Below, one piece after another: positions 22,738 through 35,535 of a DNA stretch of 64,000 nucleotides. How positions within the stretch are numbered: position 1 is the stretch's first letter; the number at the start of each line of letters is the position of its first letter. Below the pieces are notes generated by a model. The model ran no database searches, had not been told where the DNA came from, and saw nothing but the letters and a program-made list of their open reading frames with translations. A program made the translations under genes and the position numbers. This DNA comes from Octopus vulgaris (taxonomy: Eukaryota), in NCBI GenBank assembly GCA_951406725.2, contig OX597835.1, positions 6,262,001 to 6,326,000 of the forward strand, written 5' to 3'.

Positions 22738-22738
22738 A

Positions 22739-23014
22739 TTGCAGCGTGGAAGGTGTTTATAAGCCATTTAAGAAACACACAAAATCCATTAGATTCACTT
22801 CAACATTTAAATTTGGTTTTTCAAAATATTTTTGTCGCTTTGAGACCGCGACATATTCACTGACAAAATTCAGATGCAGCACGAAGATTTGTCACTGAAC
22901 AGGTCGCGGTCTCAAAGCGACGAAAATATTTTGACAAATCAAATTTAAATGTTGAAGTGAATCTAAAGGATTTTGTGTTTCTTAAACGGCTTATAAACAC
23001 CTTTGATGCTACAA
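22739..23014. mobile_element. Foldback palindrome with two hammerhead motifs, same family as 44201-44490
   Basis: Plus motif 22886-22940: gatttgtca-CTGAACA-g-gtcgc..gcgac-GAA-AATATT-T-tgacaaatc. Confidence 0.8.
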
Positions 23015-23049
23015 CTGTTTATATATATATATATACATATATATATACA

Positions 23050-23701
23050 TTGGCACGTAAACAGCACCATCCGTTCGTGGCTGTTGCCAGCCTCACCTGG
23101 CCTCCGTGCCGGTGGCACGTAGCACCATCCGTTTGTGGCCGCTGCCAGCCTCGCCTGGCCCCCGTGCCGGTGGCATGTAAAAGCACCATCCGTTCGTGGC
23201 CGCTGCCAGCCTCGCCTGGCCCCCGTGCCGGTGGCACGTAAAAAGCACCATCCATTCGTGGCCATTGCCAGCCTCACCTGGCCCCCGTGCCGGTGGCACA
23301 TAGCACCATACGTTCGTGGCCGTTGCCAGCCTCGCCTGGCCCCCATGCCGGTGGCACGTAAAAGCACCATCCGTTCGTGGCCGATGCCAGCGTCGCTTGA
23401 CCCCCGTGCCGGTGGCACGTAAAAAGCACCATCCGATCGTGGCTGTTGCCAGCCTCGCCTGGCCCCCGTGCCGGTGGCACGTAAAAAGCTCCATCCGTCC
23501 GTGGCCATTTGCCAGCTCCGTCTGGCACCTGTGCGGGTGGCACGTAAAAAGCACGCACTACACTCACGGAGTGGTTGGCGTTAGGAAGGGCATCCAGCCG
23601 TAGAAACACTGCCAGATCAGACTGGGCCTGATGAAGCCTTCCAGCTTCACAGACCCCAGTTGAACCGTCCAACCCATGCTAGTATGGAAAGCGGACGCTA
23701 A

Positions 23702-23735
<34 letters not shown>
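23050..23735 (+). mobile_element. (GAT)n-tailed retroposon family C with an internal ~60-bp tandem array
   Basis: About 8 tandem units, conserved GGCGTTAGGAAGGGCATCCAGC, (GAT)n tail. Other copies near 28392-28512-, 32020-32346+, 34400-34612+, 35060-35313+, 35690-36068+, 49069-49476-, 50060-50208+, 50399-50780-, 50821-51230-, 60141-60380-. Confidence 0.85.
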
Positions 23736-23736
<1 letters not shown>

Positions 23737-24660
23737 ATATATATATATATATATATATAAATGAAAGAGGCAGGCAACAGGTTGCTTAGCCACATACCGA
23801 AAAATTAGTAATAGCAGTCAAAGACTGTTTATTTCTATTTTCTACAAAGGAGACTCCACATACGACATATCCCTGTAATTCACATATGCAAAACAGAAAG
23901 CAAAGTCTAGATTAGGAATATAAATTCCATATATACATATATATATATATAGCGACTGGATCGTCATGGTCAAAATTACACTGCTATTCCTTTTTACAGT
24001 AGGTTATTGAAACTCGAGCAATATTCGAAGAAGTGAAAAAGCAACGTGTATATATCTGTTACAAATAATAGAACAATTATTGCTGTTGTTATTATTCGAA
24101 ATAATTTATGTGAGATTATAATGATTCTTAGTCACAAAATTGTCCACCAACTGCGTCCTTTGTTTCACGAGCATCGCCGGGTAATATTCTGGTTCTTACA
24201 TCTATATACTTTTGAGATGCTACGATTTGTGTACGAAAAGCGAAAGAGAGCAGCCACTATATTGTGCACGGTATATTGTTTATTTAAGCTGAATTACGTT
24301 TCTCGTGGCCTGCGCGTCACGCCGACCCGATCGTCAGTCGTCGCCTGAAGATCGCGTTGGCAGGAAACACAGGTGGAGATAATTAAAATAATTCAATGTT
24401 AAATAAACTACACACATACACACACGCACACGCACGCATGCATACACATACACACATACGCACACACACATATATACACACACACACACATACACACACA
24501 CACACGTGCGTATCTCTTATGATAATTTATATATATATATGTGTGTGTGTGTGTGAAAATATACATACTCATACATATATATATATGTATGTATATATCT
24601 TATATATATATGTGTGTGTGTGTGCTTAACTATATATATATAATATACTTAACAAATATC

Positions 24661-24708
<48 letters not shown>

Positions 24709-25408
24709 TACAGACACACACACACGTGTATATATATATATATAATGTATAATGTTCAGTAAATTAACACATTTGTCGTCCGTCAGCACTAACAAAATGC
24801 TTTCAAGAACAAAATTGTCCAAGACTCAGAAGGCAGAAATCTCTTCAGAAACTACTGATAGTGAAGGGGGAGGGGAAAAACATGCTATGATAGCCTGGGA
24901 GAGTAGAGAGTCTTTTCACAGCTTCAGTTACAGCAGCAATGGCAGCGGGGGGGGGAGTACCAGTGGTGGTCTTCATCGTTGTTGTGGTTGTCATGGTGGT
25001 TGCAGAAGTACTGGTGGTGGTGGTGTTGGTGTTTGTGGCGGTAATGGTTGTGACAGCAGTGATGATGGTGGTGGCATTGGTGTCGTCGGGGGGAGTGTGG
25101 ATGGGGGTGGTTATGGTGATGGTGATGGTGGGAGCAGTAATGGTGTTGGTAGTGGTGGTGGTGGTGGCGGTGGTGGTACTGCTGCTGATGGTTGTATTAA
25201 CATGGAGAATGATTCAATGAGTAAAGTGTAGTTGCTGGAGGGGAGGGAGGGATGACTGGGTGGGGGTTTAATGCTGGCGGTGGTGGCGGTGGTGGTCGTT
25301 GTCGTGGTCTTGGTGATGCTAAAAGGTCGTGGTTTTACTACTACAGATGTACAAAACTTTCAGGATGTCACTATAACGGCTGTCCATTGCATGTATAGAT
25401 TTTACTTT

Positions 25409-25447
<39 letters not shown>

Positions 25448-25611
25448 CTTCTCTCCATCTCTCTCTCCATCTCTCTCTCCATCTCTCTCTCCCTATCTCT
25501 CCATCTCTCTCTCTCTCTTAAAACAATCTTTTTCTGCCAATTTACCAAATTTCGCAACGAAATACTCAGCAGTTGGCCACATACATAAAATCTCCACTAA
25601 AACCATTCTCT

Positions 25612-25725
25612 TCATTTCTTCTTTGATGAGCCTTGCATAGGCATTTGGTTATACATGTTACAGAGGTCATTGATTTTATTAATCAACTGAATCTCCTGTT
25701 CCCGAATCTGATCAGCAATCTCCTC
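25612..25725 (-). CDS. CABCOCO1: CABCOCO1-like exon 8 (terminal, coiled-coil)
   Basis: TTGCAG acceptor; EEIADQIREQEIQLINKINDLCNMYNQMPMQGSSKKK then TGA. The eight exons sum to 963 nt, i.e. 320 aa plus stop. Confidence 0.88.
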   Translation of the reverse strand, partial: EEIADQIREQEIQLINKINDLCNMYNQMPMQGSSKKK

Positions 25726-26326
25726 CTGCAACAAAGAAAATATATGCTTACAAATAATAATAATAATGATAATAATGATTCCATTTATGGGGACAATACA
25801 AAGGCAGACACAAAGTGTTGGGGCTTACATATAATGAAATGATTTTTAAAAATATTGTTATATTTCAGAATGGTCATTTTGCCAGTTTAGCCAATAAAAA
25901 CACACGCACTATATATTTGGTGTTATTTTGCTTCAGTGTTATTTATTTTTTACATTAATCTTAATCTTATTCCGGCCAGAGTTCTTTCGTCACATTCCTG
26001 TGACCGCATCAGTGGTCCTTTGTTTTCTTCTTTCTTATTTGTGTCTCTCCTTACTAACCGTCAGCCATTTTGTATTTCTATTGTATGTCTTCATTTGCGC
26101 ATGCTTATATCTCTATGTGCGTTTATGTTTATTTAGTGTGTGTGTGGGGGGGTGCCTGTAATATTTGTATCTTCTGTTTATATATGTTCATGTAATTTGT
26201 TTTTGTTGTTGTTGTTTTTGTTCATTCTTATTTTGTTCATGTGTTTACATCCACTTATTATTATCATTACATATGCTTGTATGTATGTATGTATAACAAC
26301 AATACTAGTAATAATAATAATAAATC

Positions 26327-26380
<54 letters not shown>

Positions 26381-27731
26381 TTTTAAAAATGAAAAAGAGA
26401 AAGTAAGTGTACCTGGCATACACTGTAAAAGAAGGGACACACGCACAATCTACAACGGTAAAAAAAAAAGTGGTGGGGAGGATGATAGAGTGTGGCCCTC
26501 CTGATACAGGAAGGCCTCTAGGGATAATCGAGGAATGCCACAGTCCAAGATCTCCCTGAAACCCCAGGAGCAAGTGCCCTCTCCGGACTCACAGATCAAC
26601 ACTCAGAGAGGTACCATCCACTCTTTTACTTGTGTCAGTCATTTGACTGTGGCCATGCTGGAGCACCACCTTTAGTCGAGCAAATCGACCCCAGGACTTA
26701 TTCTTTGTAAGCCTAGTACTTATTCTATCGGTATCTTTTGCCACACCACTAGGTTTCGGGGACATAAACACACCAGCATCGGTTGTCAAGCAATGCTAGG
26801 GGGACAAACACAGACACACAAACACACACACATACATATATACGACAGGCTTCTTTCAGTTTCCGTCTACCAAATCCACTCACAAGGCATTGGTCAGCCT
26901 GGGGCTATAGCAGAAGACACTTGCCCAAGATGTCATGCAGTGGGACTGAACCCGGAACCATGTAGTTGATTAGCAAGCTACTTACCACACAGCCACTCCT
27001 GCGCCACTCTTGCCATTTTCACAACTTCCACCCACCTTTCAATAAACTCGCTTGAGGACAGCACTTGTCTCTCCACTCTCAATTTCCGTTTTTGAGTGTA
27101 AAACTTGAAGAAGTCAATAAGAGCTCAACCAAAGAGGAATGTATCTATCCTCCTGCCTTTCAGCCTTGACCACCAAACAACCTCTTTCACCACAACCACC
27201 AGGCAAAGGAAAACTGCCTTGCCTCCTCAAATGAAGGAGGGCGACGGTGCGATCATCACTACAGGCTTGGTTGACAGATGGATCTGTCCCACAAGTTACA
27301 GCAGCTGTTCAACATAACCCCACAAATCAGCAATGCCCAGGCACTGAACGAGGACATTCTAAACAGTTTCATCACCCTGCATGCACCTTGGACAAGCCCA
27401 TCTGACCGCACATCCGTACCTGTAGAGGTTATCTCGAACCAGCAGCATCCCCCTGGTGTTGCTCGCCGGTAGCACTGCCAGGCCAAGGGCATCTGGGAAT
27501 TACCCATGATAGTTCCTGACCAGAAAGTCCTCCAGAAAAGACTAGCCAATTCATTCTTGTCGGCACCCAGGGACTCCCCAAAAACATCGTCGCACTTCCC
27601 CACCACTAATCCTCTATAAATTTCTAAAGCAGAACATCCTAATAATAATAATAATAATAATAATAACAATAATAACAACAACAACAACAACAACAATAAC
27701 AACAACAACAACAACGACGACGACGACGACG

Positions 27732-27766
<35 letters not shown>

Positions 27767-28074
27767 AATAATAATAACAATAATAATAATAATAATAGTA
27801 ATAATAATAATAATAAAAATAAAAACCAAAACAGTAAAACAATAGACAAATACATATTCTCTTTTTATATCCTGTAAATCCCATGTTTAGAGTAAAAATC
27901 CTTGATCCCTGCAGATCATAAGGGGCAATGGAAGGAGTAAGTAACACGTTGCCCAGCTTCCCAGAAAATATTTCCTAAAAAAAACTCATCCAACCCAAGC
28001 CAGCATGGAAAATCAGATCTAGAAACAATCAATGTGATATGCTCCCATTCAGTTTCAGAGATTTTTTATTTGTG

Positions 28075-28585
28075 TGGAAGCACTCCGTCGGTAACGACGA
28101 TGAGGGTTCCGGTTGATCCGCTCAACGGAACGGCCTGCTCGTGAAATTAATGTGTAAGTGGCTGAGCACTCCACAGACACGTGTACCCTTAACGTAGTTC
28201 TCGGGGATATTCAGCGTGACACAGAGAGTGACAAGGCCGGCCCTTTGAAATACAGGTACATCAGAAACAGGAAGAAAGAGTGAGAGAAAGTTGTGGTGAA
28301 AGAGTACAGCAGGGATCACCACCATCCGCTGCCGGAGCCTCGTGGAGCTTTTAGGTGTTTTCGCTCAATAAACACTCACAACGCCCGGTCTCATCATCAT
28401 CATCATCATCATCGTTTAACGTCCATTCTCCATGCTAGCATGGGTTGGACGGTTCGACCGGGGATCTGGGAAGCCAGAAGGCTGCACCAGGCTCCAGTCT
28501 TATCTGGCAGTGTTTCTGGGAATCGAAACCACGATCCTATGACCGCGAGTCCGCTGCCCTAACCACTGGGCCATTGCGCCTCCAC
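28075..28585 (-). mobile_element. tRNA-derived SINE family D with a nested family C fragment
   Basis: Head GTGGAGGCGCAATGGCCCAGTGGTTAGG...GGTTTCGATTCCC; near-identical copy at 36178-36564 and a partial one at 44718-44884. Confidence 0.85.
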
Positions 28586-28662
28586 ATAGATTTTTTATTT
28601 ACACAACAGACAAAGAAAAAGAACACAAACGAATATGCTTGGTTAAGATTTCACCAATTTAC

Positions 28663-28782
28663 CTGAACATGTGGTAGGAGTTCGTCAGCTACACTTTGAA
28701 ATATCTCCTCCACCTCCTCCTTAGTGATACTGTTCAGGAAACTCATATCAGGTCCTGCAAGAATTTCTTCTTCAACCAGTAA
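28663..28782 (-). CDS. CABCOCO1: CABCOCO1-like exon 7
   Basis: CAACAG acceptor; LLVEEEILAGPDMSFLNSITKEEVEEIFQSVADELLPHVQ; GTAAAT donor; 120 nt, phase 0 to 0. Confidence 0.88.
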
Positions 28783-28982
28783 CTGTTGGCCAAGAATAAA
28801 TACATGAACACATAATATCACATTTACATATATATATCTATATTTATTTATATAAATATAAGGATAGGTAGATAGATAGATTTTTCTATTTTGGATATAT
28901 TTGGGGTACTTAGGTCTCCTCAGGACTTGGTGTTTGCTTTTTCCAAGGGTATGAGTAAGTATTTCCCTTATATCTCGCGTAT

Positions 28983-29043
28983 TTGCCGCTGAAGGGGGGA
29001 AAATTTCTTATCAATTAACCCCGAAATTGGACCAATACGGTAA
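28983..29043 (+). ncRNA. Type-I hammerhead motif (A9 to G), antisense in CABCOCO1 intron 6
   Basis: ttgccg-CTGAAGG-gggg...cccc-GAA-ATTGG a CCAAT-A-cggtaa: all three stems pair by inspection. Confidence 0.65.
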
Positions 29044-29286
29044 TAACAAATTTTTTAGAAATATCTATCGGTTTGTTTCGAGACACATAAATTATAATGG
29101 TTATTGAAAAGTTTTGTCTTTTATTTCGGCATATTTGGCATTAGAATTTTTCTTTTGCCCTTATCTTGTAAATTATTTATAAATTTAACCTTTAAAGGTA
29201 TTTTTTGATATGCTGGCCATTGATAAAATTTTTTTCCCGAAAAAAATTTTTATCCTATATTAGTTATATATACATATATACATATA

Positions 29287-29340
<54 letters not shown>

Positions 29341-29362
29341 CTAATATATTAGTTATATGTAC

Positions 29363-29427
<65 letters not shown>

Positions 29428-29450
29428 ACTAATATATTAGTTATATGTAC

Positions 29451-29528
<78 letters not shown>

Positions 29529-29585
29529 ATATAACTAATATAGGATAAAAATTTTATATATATATATGTATATGGTATATGTGTA

Positions 29586-29627
<42 letters not shown>

Positions 29628-29817
29628 ATGAATGAAAATGCCAATAGAAAGTGACAAAAGAAAGAAAATAATTTTAAAGAAAAAAGAAGGAAGGAAGGAG
29701 AAGTTTTGAAAGAAAGGAGAAAAGGAAAGAAAGTTTTGTTCCAAAGTACAACCCCAGCCCCAAACCCCACCAAAGAGTTCTGGCCAGTTCCTTAAAAGAA
29801 GAAAAATGTCCTCTTAC

Positions 29818-29949
29818 CTCTCCTCTGTCTGTCTCCAGTTCTGTTTCTGGGGGAAGATTAATGTAGTTTGTATAAGAATCTTCCAAAACCCCTTCAATTA
29901 ATGGCGGTGCAAAACATGGGCCAAGGCCAATTACTGGTACAATTTTTAA
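29818..29949 (-). CDS. CABCOCO1: CABCOCO1-like exon 6
   Basis: TTACAG acceptor; LKIVPVIGLGPCFAPPLIEGVLEDSYTNYINLPPETELETDRGE (FxxPLxEG motif); GTAAGA donor; 132 nt, phase 0 to 0. Confidence 0.9.
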
Positions 29950-30353
29950 CTGTAAAATAGTTTGGGAGCAGAAACAGAAATCAAAATGGTGAAAATCTTG
30001 CAAAATCAATCAAGTGTCTTCAATGTTTGCATAAATCTTTAACTAGGCACAGGCATGGCTGTGAAGGAAGAAGCCCGCTTCCTAACCACATGGTTCCAGG
30101 TTCAGTCCCACTGCATGGCACCTTGGACAAGTGTCTTCTACTATTGACTTGAACCAACCAAAGCCTTGTGAGCGGATTTGGTAGACAGAAACTGAAAGAA
30201 GCCTGTTATATACATACATGTGTGTGTCTGAGTGTGTGTGTGTGTGTGTCTGAGTGTGTGTGTGTGTGTGTGTGTCTGAGTGTGTCTGAGTGTGTGTGTG
30301 TGTGTGTCTGAGTGTGTGTGTGTGTGTGTCTGAGTGTGTGTGTGTGTGTGTCT

Positions 30354-30386
<33 letters not shown>

Positions 30387-30607
30387 TGACTCACCCACCA
30401 TTGACAACCAATGTTGGTGTGCTTGCATCCCTGTAACTTAGCAGTTTGGCAAAAGAGACTAACTCTTACTGTACGAGGCTTACAAAGAATAAGTCCCGGG
30501 ATCGATTTCTTTGACCAAAAAGAAAACCTTTACGGCAGTGCTCCAGCATGACCATAGTCAAACATGACTGAAACAAATCAAAGAATTAAAGAATAAAAGA
30601 AAAGTCC

Positions 30608-30642
<35 letters not shown>

Positions 30643-30938
30643 CACATTTATTTATTTATTTATTTATTCTGTTATTGCAATCTGTGGAGTAAAGTGTGTT
30701 TTTGGTCAGAGGTTACCACGGGGACAGTCACTTGTTCATTGAATTTCTGACAGTCATATAAATGCATTGGAGTGTTAAACTCGATGCAGAACTAACATCT
30801 CAAGGGAGTCCATTTACAGAGTGTTTTTCGCATTTTTTTTTGTTTTGTTTTGTTTAGTTTTCTCAATGAAGTTCATATTACTATGCAATTTACATCAGTG
30901 AAAGATATATATATATATATATAAAAGAAAAGTCCTTC

Positions 30939-30977
<39 letters not shown>

Positions 30978-31432
30978 ATACATTTATTTATGTATTTATT
31001 TATTTATTCTCTTATTGCAATCTGTCACTTTATCTTTTATTAAACTTTTAATACTTTTGATATATATTTAAAATAATATAAATTAATTAATTTTATGCAT
31101 TGGGTTATGTTTTTCATTGTTTGATTTGCCTAATAGTGGTTTTATCTCTAATTTAATACAATATAATATAATATATTTATACTATAAAATTGGATTTAAT
31201 CCTAAATCTGATTTTTCCCTGTAAGTTTGGATTTATTCCCTAATATTTTATTATTAATTATATATATATATATATATAGAATTTAGAGACAAACCGCTAT
31301 CTAGTTATTCCATCAATAGTGAAAAGATATTATCTATAATAACCACATAGATATTAATTAAATATCTTATAATTATTATTCTAAAAATCTCATAACAAAT
31401 CAAACATTAAACTGACTACCCAATATACATAC

Positions 31433-31495
<63 letters not shown>

Positions 31496-31774
31496 TTGTT
31501 AAGGTGATCTTTACAAATTTTCTTTAGAGATTATAGAAATTATGTTTTTAATACAGCAAGTGCTTAAGAGATGTCATCTCAGGACAGATACTATAGTAAT
31601 TGGCCTATTGCCAGTATATATATAAATTAATTGTGATTATGCAAATGGTTATTTATGTGTAGAGGTAACCTTAACAAGTGATGTAAAAGCACTGCTAACA
31701 CAGCAGTAGGAAGTATTGATGAATGCCTCCAATAATTTAAGCAACTGATCTGGTAAAAATTCCCAAACACTTAC

Positions 31775-31847
31775 ATCTGTGCCGATGATTTGTTCAGCCT
31801 GCATGTGAGTATATATATACTCATAAAGGCAATAATGCTGGAATAAA
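31775..31847 (-). CDS. CABCOCO1: CABCOCO1-like exon 5
   Basis: TTGCAG acceptor; LFQHYCLYEYIYTHMQAEQIIGTD (LFQHYxLYE family motif); GTAAGT donor; 73 nt, phase 2 to 0. Confidence 0.92.
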
Positions 31848-33662
31848 CTGCAAAATAAATAAATAAAACGACGAAAGAGATATTACGAAAAATGTTAATC
31901 ATTTGATATTTTGTTAATTAAATATCATTTTGCTTGCTTAAACTAGTTAAATGAATCTCATGGTTTTTCATAACTCAATACTTTTTGGTATCGAAATCGA
32001 AATCAACCAGCCAGGACCCCTGGACTGGTGGTACATAGAAAGCACTATCCGACTCATGGCCGATGCCAGCGCCGCCTCAACTGGCTTCCGTGCCGGTGGC
32101 ACGTAAAATGCACCAATCCGACCATGGCCGCTGCCAGCCTCGCCTGGCACCTGTGCAGGTGGCACGTAAAAAGCACCCACTACACTCACGGAGTGGTTGG
32201 CGTTAGGAAGGGCATCCAGCTGTAGAAACATTGCCAGATAAGACTGGAGCCTGGTGCAGCCTTCTGGCTTCCCAGATCCCCGGTCGAACCGTCCAACCCA
32301 TGCTAGCATGGAGAACGGACGTTAAATGATGATGATGATGATGATGAACTGAAGCAGTATTTCATTCAAATAGCAATCTATATGTCACAATTAACATATA
32401 TACATTGTCGATAGGTCAGTTATTCTGAGATAGCATCTCTTAAGGGCGTTCTGTGTTAAAAACATCATAGATCAGAAAGAGACGAGATGTTATCTCAGAA
32501 CAAATACAGAGGTAACTGGTCAATCAAGAGTGTGTATGCATTAAGTCTGATATACAGATGGCTGTTTTAGTCTTTTTGTTTAGTCTCCAGCAGATGACAC
32601 CACAAGACAAATAAAGCATTACACTGTCACATGATAACATTAAATGTATCATAAAATACTTTGGACTCAGCTCAGGGCAAAACTGCACTTTATATATATG
32701 GATTCATAACTACAAACCATGGATCCTTTATGCAGTCATTCAGTCTGCTAGAAATAGCAGCCAGATATCATACAAATCACACTCCAGCTCTCTAAGAAAA
32801 GGAAGCCTACATAGGACAACATTAAATCAAGGCATTCATATAGAATTTGTTTGATGGGGATACCTGAAATGCTTATCCGTCTTCATCTCTACCACACTTC
32901 TTGACCTTTGGCCCTTGTTATCATTACTATTAATACCAACCTACAACACTTAGTAAGAAATGTGGTCCTTATTAAACTCAAGCCCCAATCATCCCAGTAT
33001 AGAATCATATATTGGTGTCTCCCATTTAAGTAATTCATTGGGATTCATAATCTTGACAGAATCCACCTTCTCTCCAAGAGATTGGTGCCATCAGTCTTAA
33101 AACATCATTCATCTATCTTTACTCTTTTACTCTTTTACTTGTTTCAGTCATTTGACTGCGGCCATGCTGGAGCACCGCCTTTAGTCGAGCAAATCGACCC
33201 CGGGACTTATTCTTTGTAAGCCCAGTACTTATTCTATCGGTCTCTTTTGCCGAACCGCTAAGTGACGGGGACGTAAACACACCAGCATCGGTTGTCAAGC
33301 AATGCTATGGGGACAAACACAGACACACAAATATATATATATATACATATATACGACAGGCTTCTTTCAGTTTCCGTCTACCAAATCCACTCACAAGGCA
33401 TTGGTCGGCCCGGGGCTATAGCAGAAGACACTTGCCCAAGATGCCACGCAGTGGGACTGAACCCGGAACCATGTTATACAAACCATCTATAACAGGTTTT
33501 AGTTTTTTCATCCACATTCTTGTCAATTCAGGCCCAGTAAAAGGTGAGTTAAGTTGTTGACCCCACAACCATTGAGCTGGTAGTGTTATATTGCATGTAA
33601 CAGGTTCCCGTAGTCTGTGAGTATATGTGAATCACTTGGGTTGCGATTCAAATGCCACTTAC

Positions 33663-33810
33663 GTTACTTGAAAATATTCAATGATCTTTTTTGCAGCATT
33701 CAGGTTAAAGAACAGCATCCCTCCACAATCAGTTATTATATCAGAAACTGCAATGCCAGCCAAAGATTTCCGCAGTTCCTGTAAATTGTTTCCAATTGAG
33801 AGATGTTTGT
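33663..33810 (-). CDS. CABCOCO1: CABCOCO1-like exon 4
   Basis: TTTCAG acceptor; DKHLSIGNNLQELRKSLAGIAVSDIITDCGGMLFFNLNAAKKIIEYFQVT; GTAAGT donor; 148 nt, phase 1 to 2. Confidence 0.9.
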
Positions 33811-35283
33811 CTGAAAGACAGCAGAAACAGAATTGTCTGACAAGAAAAACAGAACAGATTACAGAAAAGACCATAAATTAGAATAATTACTTCATAGCAT
33901 TAACTTGAGAATAATTACAACATTGTGTTCAACTGAGGTTGTTGAGTCCACATAAAATTAATGTTACATGAAAACCTGTAAAGTCAGAGTAAAAAATATA
34001 TTTTAACATTAAAAATATACCCTAAACCCATTGTTGACAAGTTCAATATAAACCTGCTCAAAAAAAGTCCCTGGTTTTAGCTATAGAAATAACCCAAGGC
34101 CTCCCTTGAGCCTAATTTACTTACTGACCTAAGATAGACCATATCCTATCTTACCAATTCATCAAAGACCACCTATTTTGCCAAACCAACCTGCCCAAAG
34201 ACCACTGAGTTCATATCTTACCAACTGACCCAATACTGCTTCTTATCTCTTTAGCATTCGGATTATTTATTCAAATGTAATACTTGTTGATTCACTCAAT
34301 TTTGAATTAATCATGCATCATTTCATGGCTTCAAGATGTCAATGATGAGCATGGAGGCAATGACAATTGACCAAGACCAAGGGAAATCGTAGTTGTGTCA
34401 TGTAACTGGCACCTGTGCCAGTGGAACATAAAAGCACTCATGCTTAGTACCCACAACACTCTTGGAGTGGTTGGCATTAAGAAGGGCATCCATCTGCAGA
34501 AACCGGACCAAATAAGACTGGAACTTGATGCAGCTCTCCGGTTTACAAGTTTCAGTCAAACTGTCTAAACCATGCCAGCATGGAAAGCAGACATCAAATG
34601 ATGATGATGATGAATATTATAGGATAGATGTGAGAGGCCACATCTAACCAGATTGTACATAAAAGAGGCAGAATAAATGGGCCGGATATGGCCAGTTTAA
34701 ATGTAAAAGGGTTAACCCCACCTTACCAACTCAACCAAGATTTCCTCTGATATTACATTACCAGCCTAACCTATGCTACCTTAATCCTACCATACCAGCC
34801 TAACTATTAATGATCCTATCTTACTAACCCATCCAGACCATCCCTGCTCTTACTAATAACTACCAGTGTTATCCAAGGGAAAGGCAAAGGGGCCGATACA
34901 GCTTGGCACCTGTGGCGTCACAACTCATTTCTACAGCTGAGTGAACTGGAGCAACGTGAAATAAAGTGTCTTGCTCAAGAACACAACACGCAGCCCGGTC
35001 CGTGATTCGAGCTCATAACCTCATGAAAGAAACACAGAGCATCTCAACAGAAATACGGATGGTAAAAAGCACCATCCGATCGTGGCTGTCTGCCAGCCTC
35101 GTCTGGCACTTGTGCCGGTGGCACGTAAAAAGCACCCACTACACTCAAGGAGTTGTTGGCGTTAGGAAGGGCATCCAGCTGTAGAAACACTGCCAGATCA
35201 GACTGGAGCCTGGTGCAGCCTTCTGGCTTCCCAGACCCCAGTTGAACTGTCCAACCCATGCCCGCATGGAAAGCGGACGTTAA

Positions 35284-35315
<32 letters not shown>

Positions 35316-35365
35316 GGGTTTTCCAAGGGAAAAAAAAAGGAAGAATTTAAAGAAAAGGGACAAAC

Positions 35366-35535
35366 CTTTGACGTTGCATAAGAGATCATAGAGTAAAGAA
35401 AAGAAACCAGAAAACTGCTCGTTGCTGTAGGATTGGTTGTGGGCCCAGTAAATACCTGCCACAAAATAATCTAACATTACTGCTTCCTTCAGGTCCACAG
35501 ATGGTTGAGTCAGCTTCAGGAATGAAATCATCTTC
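35366..35535 (-). CDS. CABCOCO1: CABCOCO1-like exon 3
   Basis: KMISFLKLTQPSVDLKEAVMLDYFVAGIYWAHNQSYSNEQFSGFFSLLYDLLCNVK resembles the recalled LKxAxLLDYYVxGFxWA motif of CABCOCO1; 170 nt, phase 2 to 1; donor GTTTGT. Confidence 0.9.

Noticed and set aside
23050-23560. Regular ~60-bp repeats resembling a CRISPR array
   Set aside because: Whole units repeat without unique spacers; part of a dispersed retroposon.
24340-24380. CTGAAGA...GAAA in a CpG-rich patch
   Set aside because: No stem II and no U to pair with A15.1; the patch could be a promoter but I found no gene to attach it to.
27105-27620. GC-richer coding-like stretch in CABCOCO1 intron 7
   Set aside because: Not needed for the gene model and interrupted by stops on plus; probably an old transposon fragment I could not classify.
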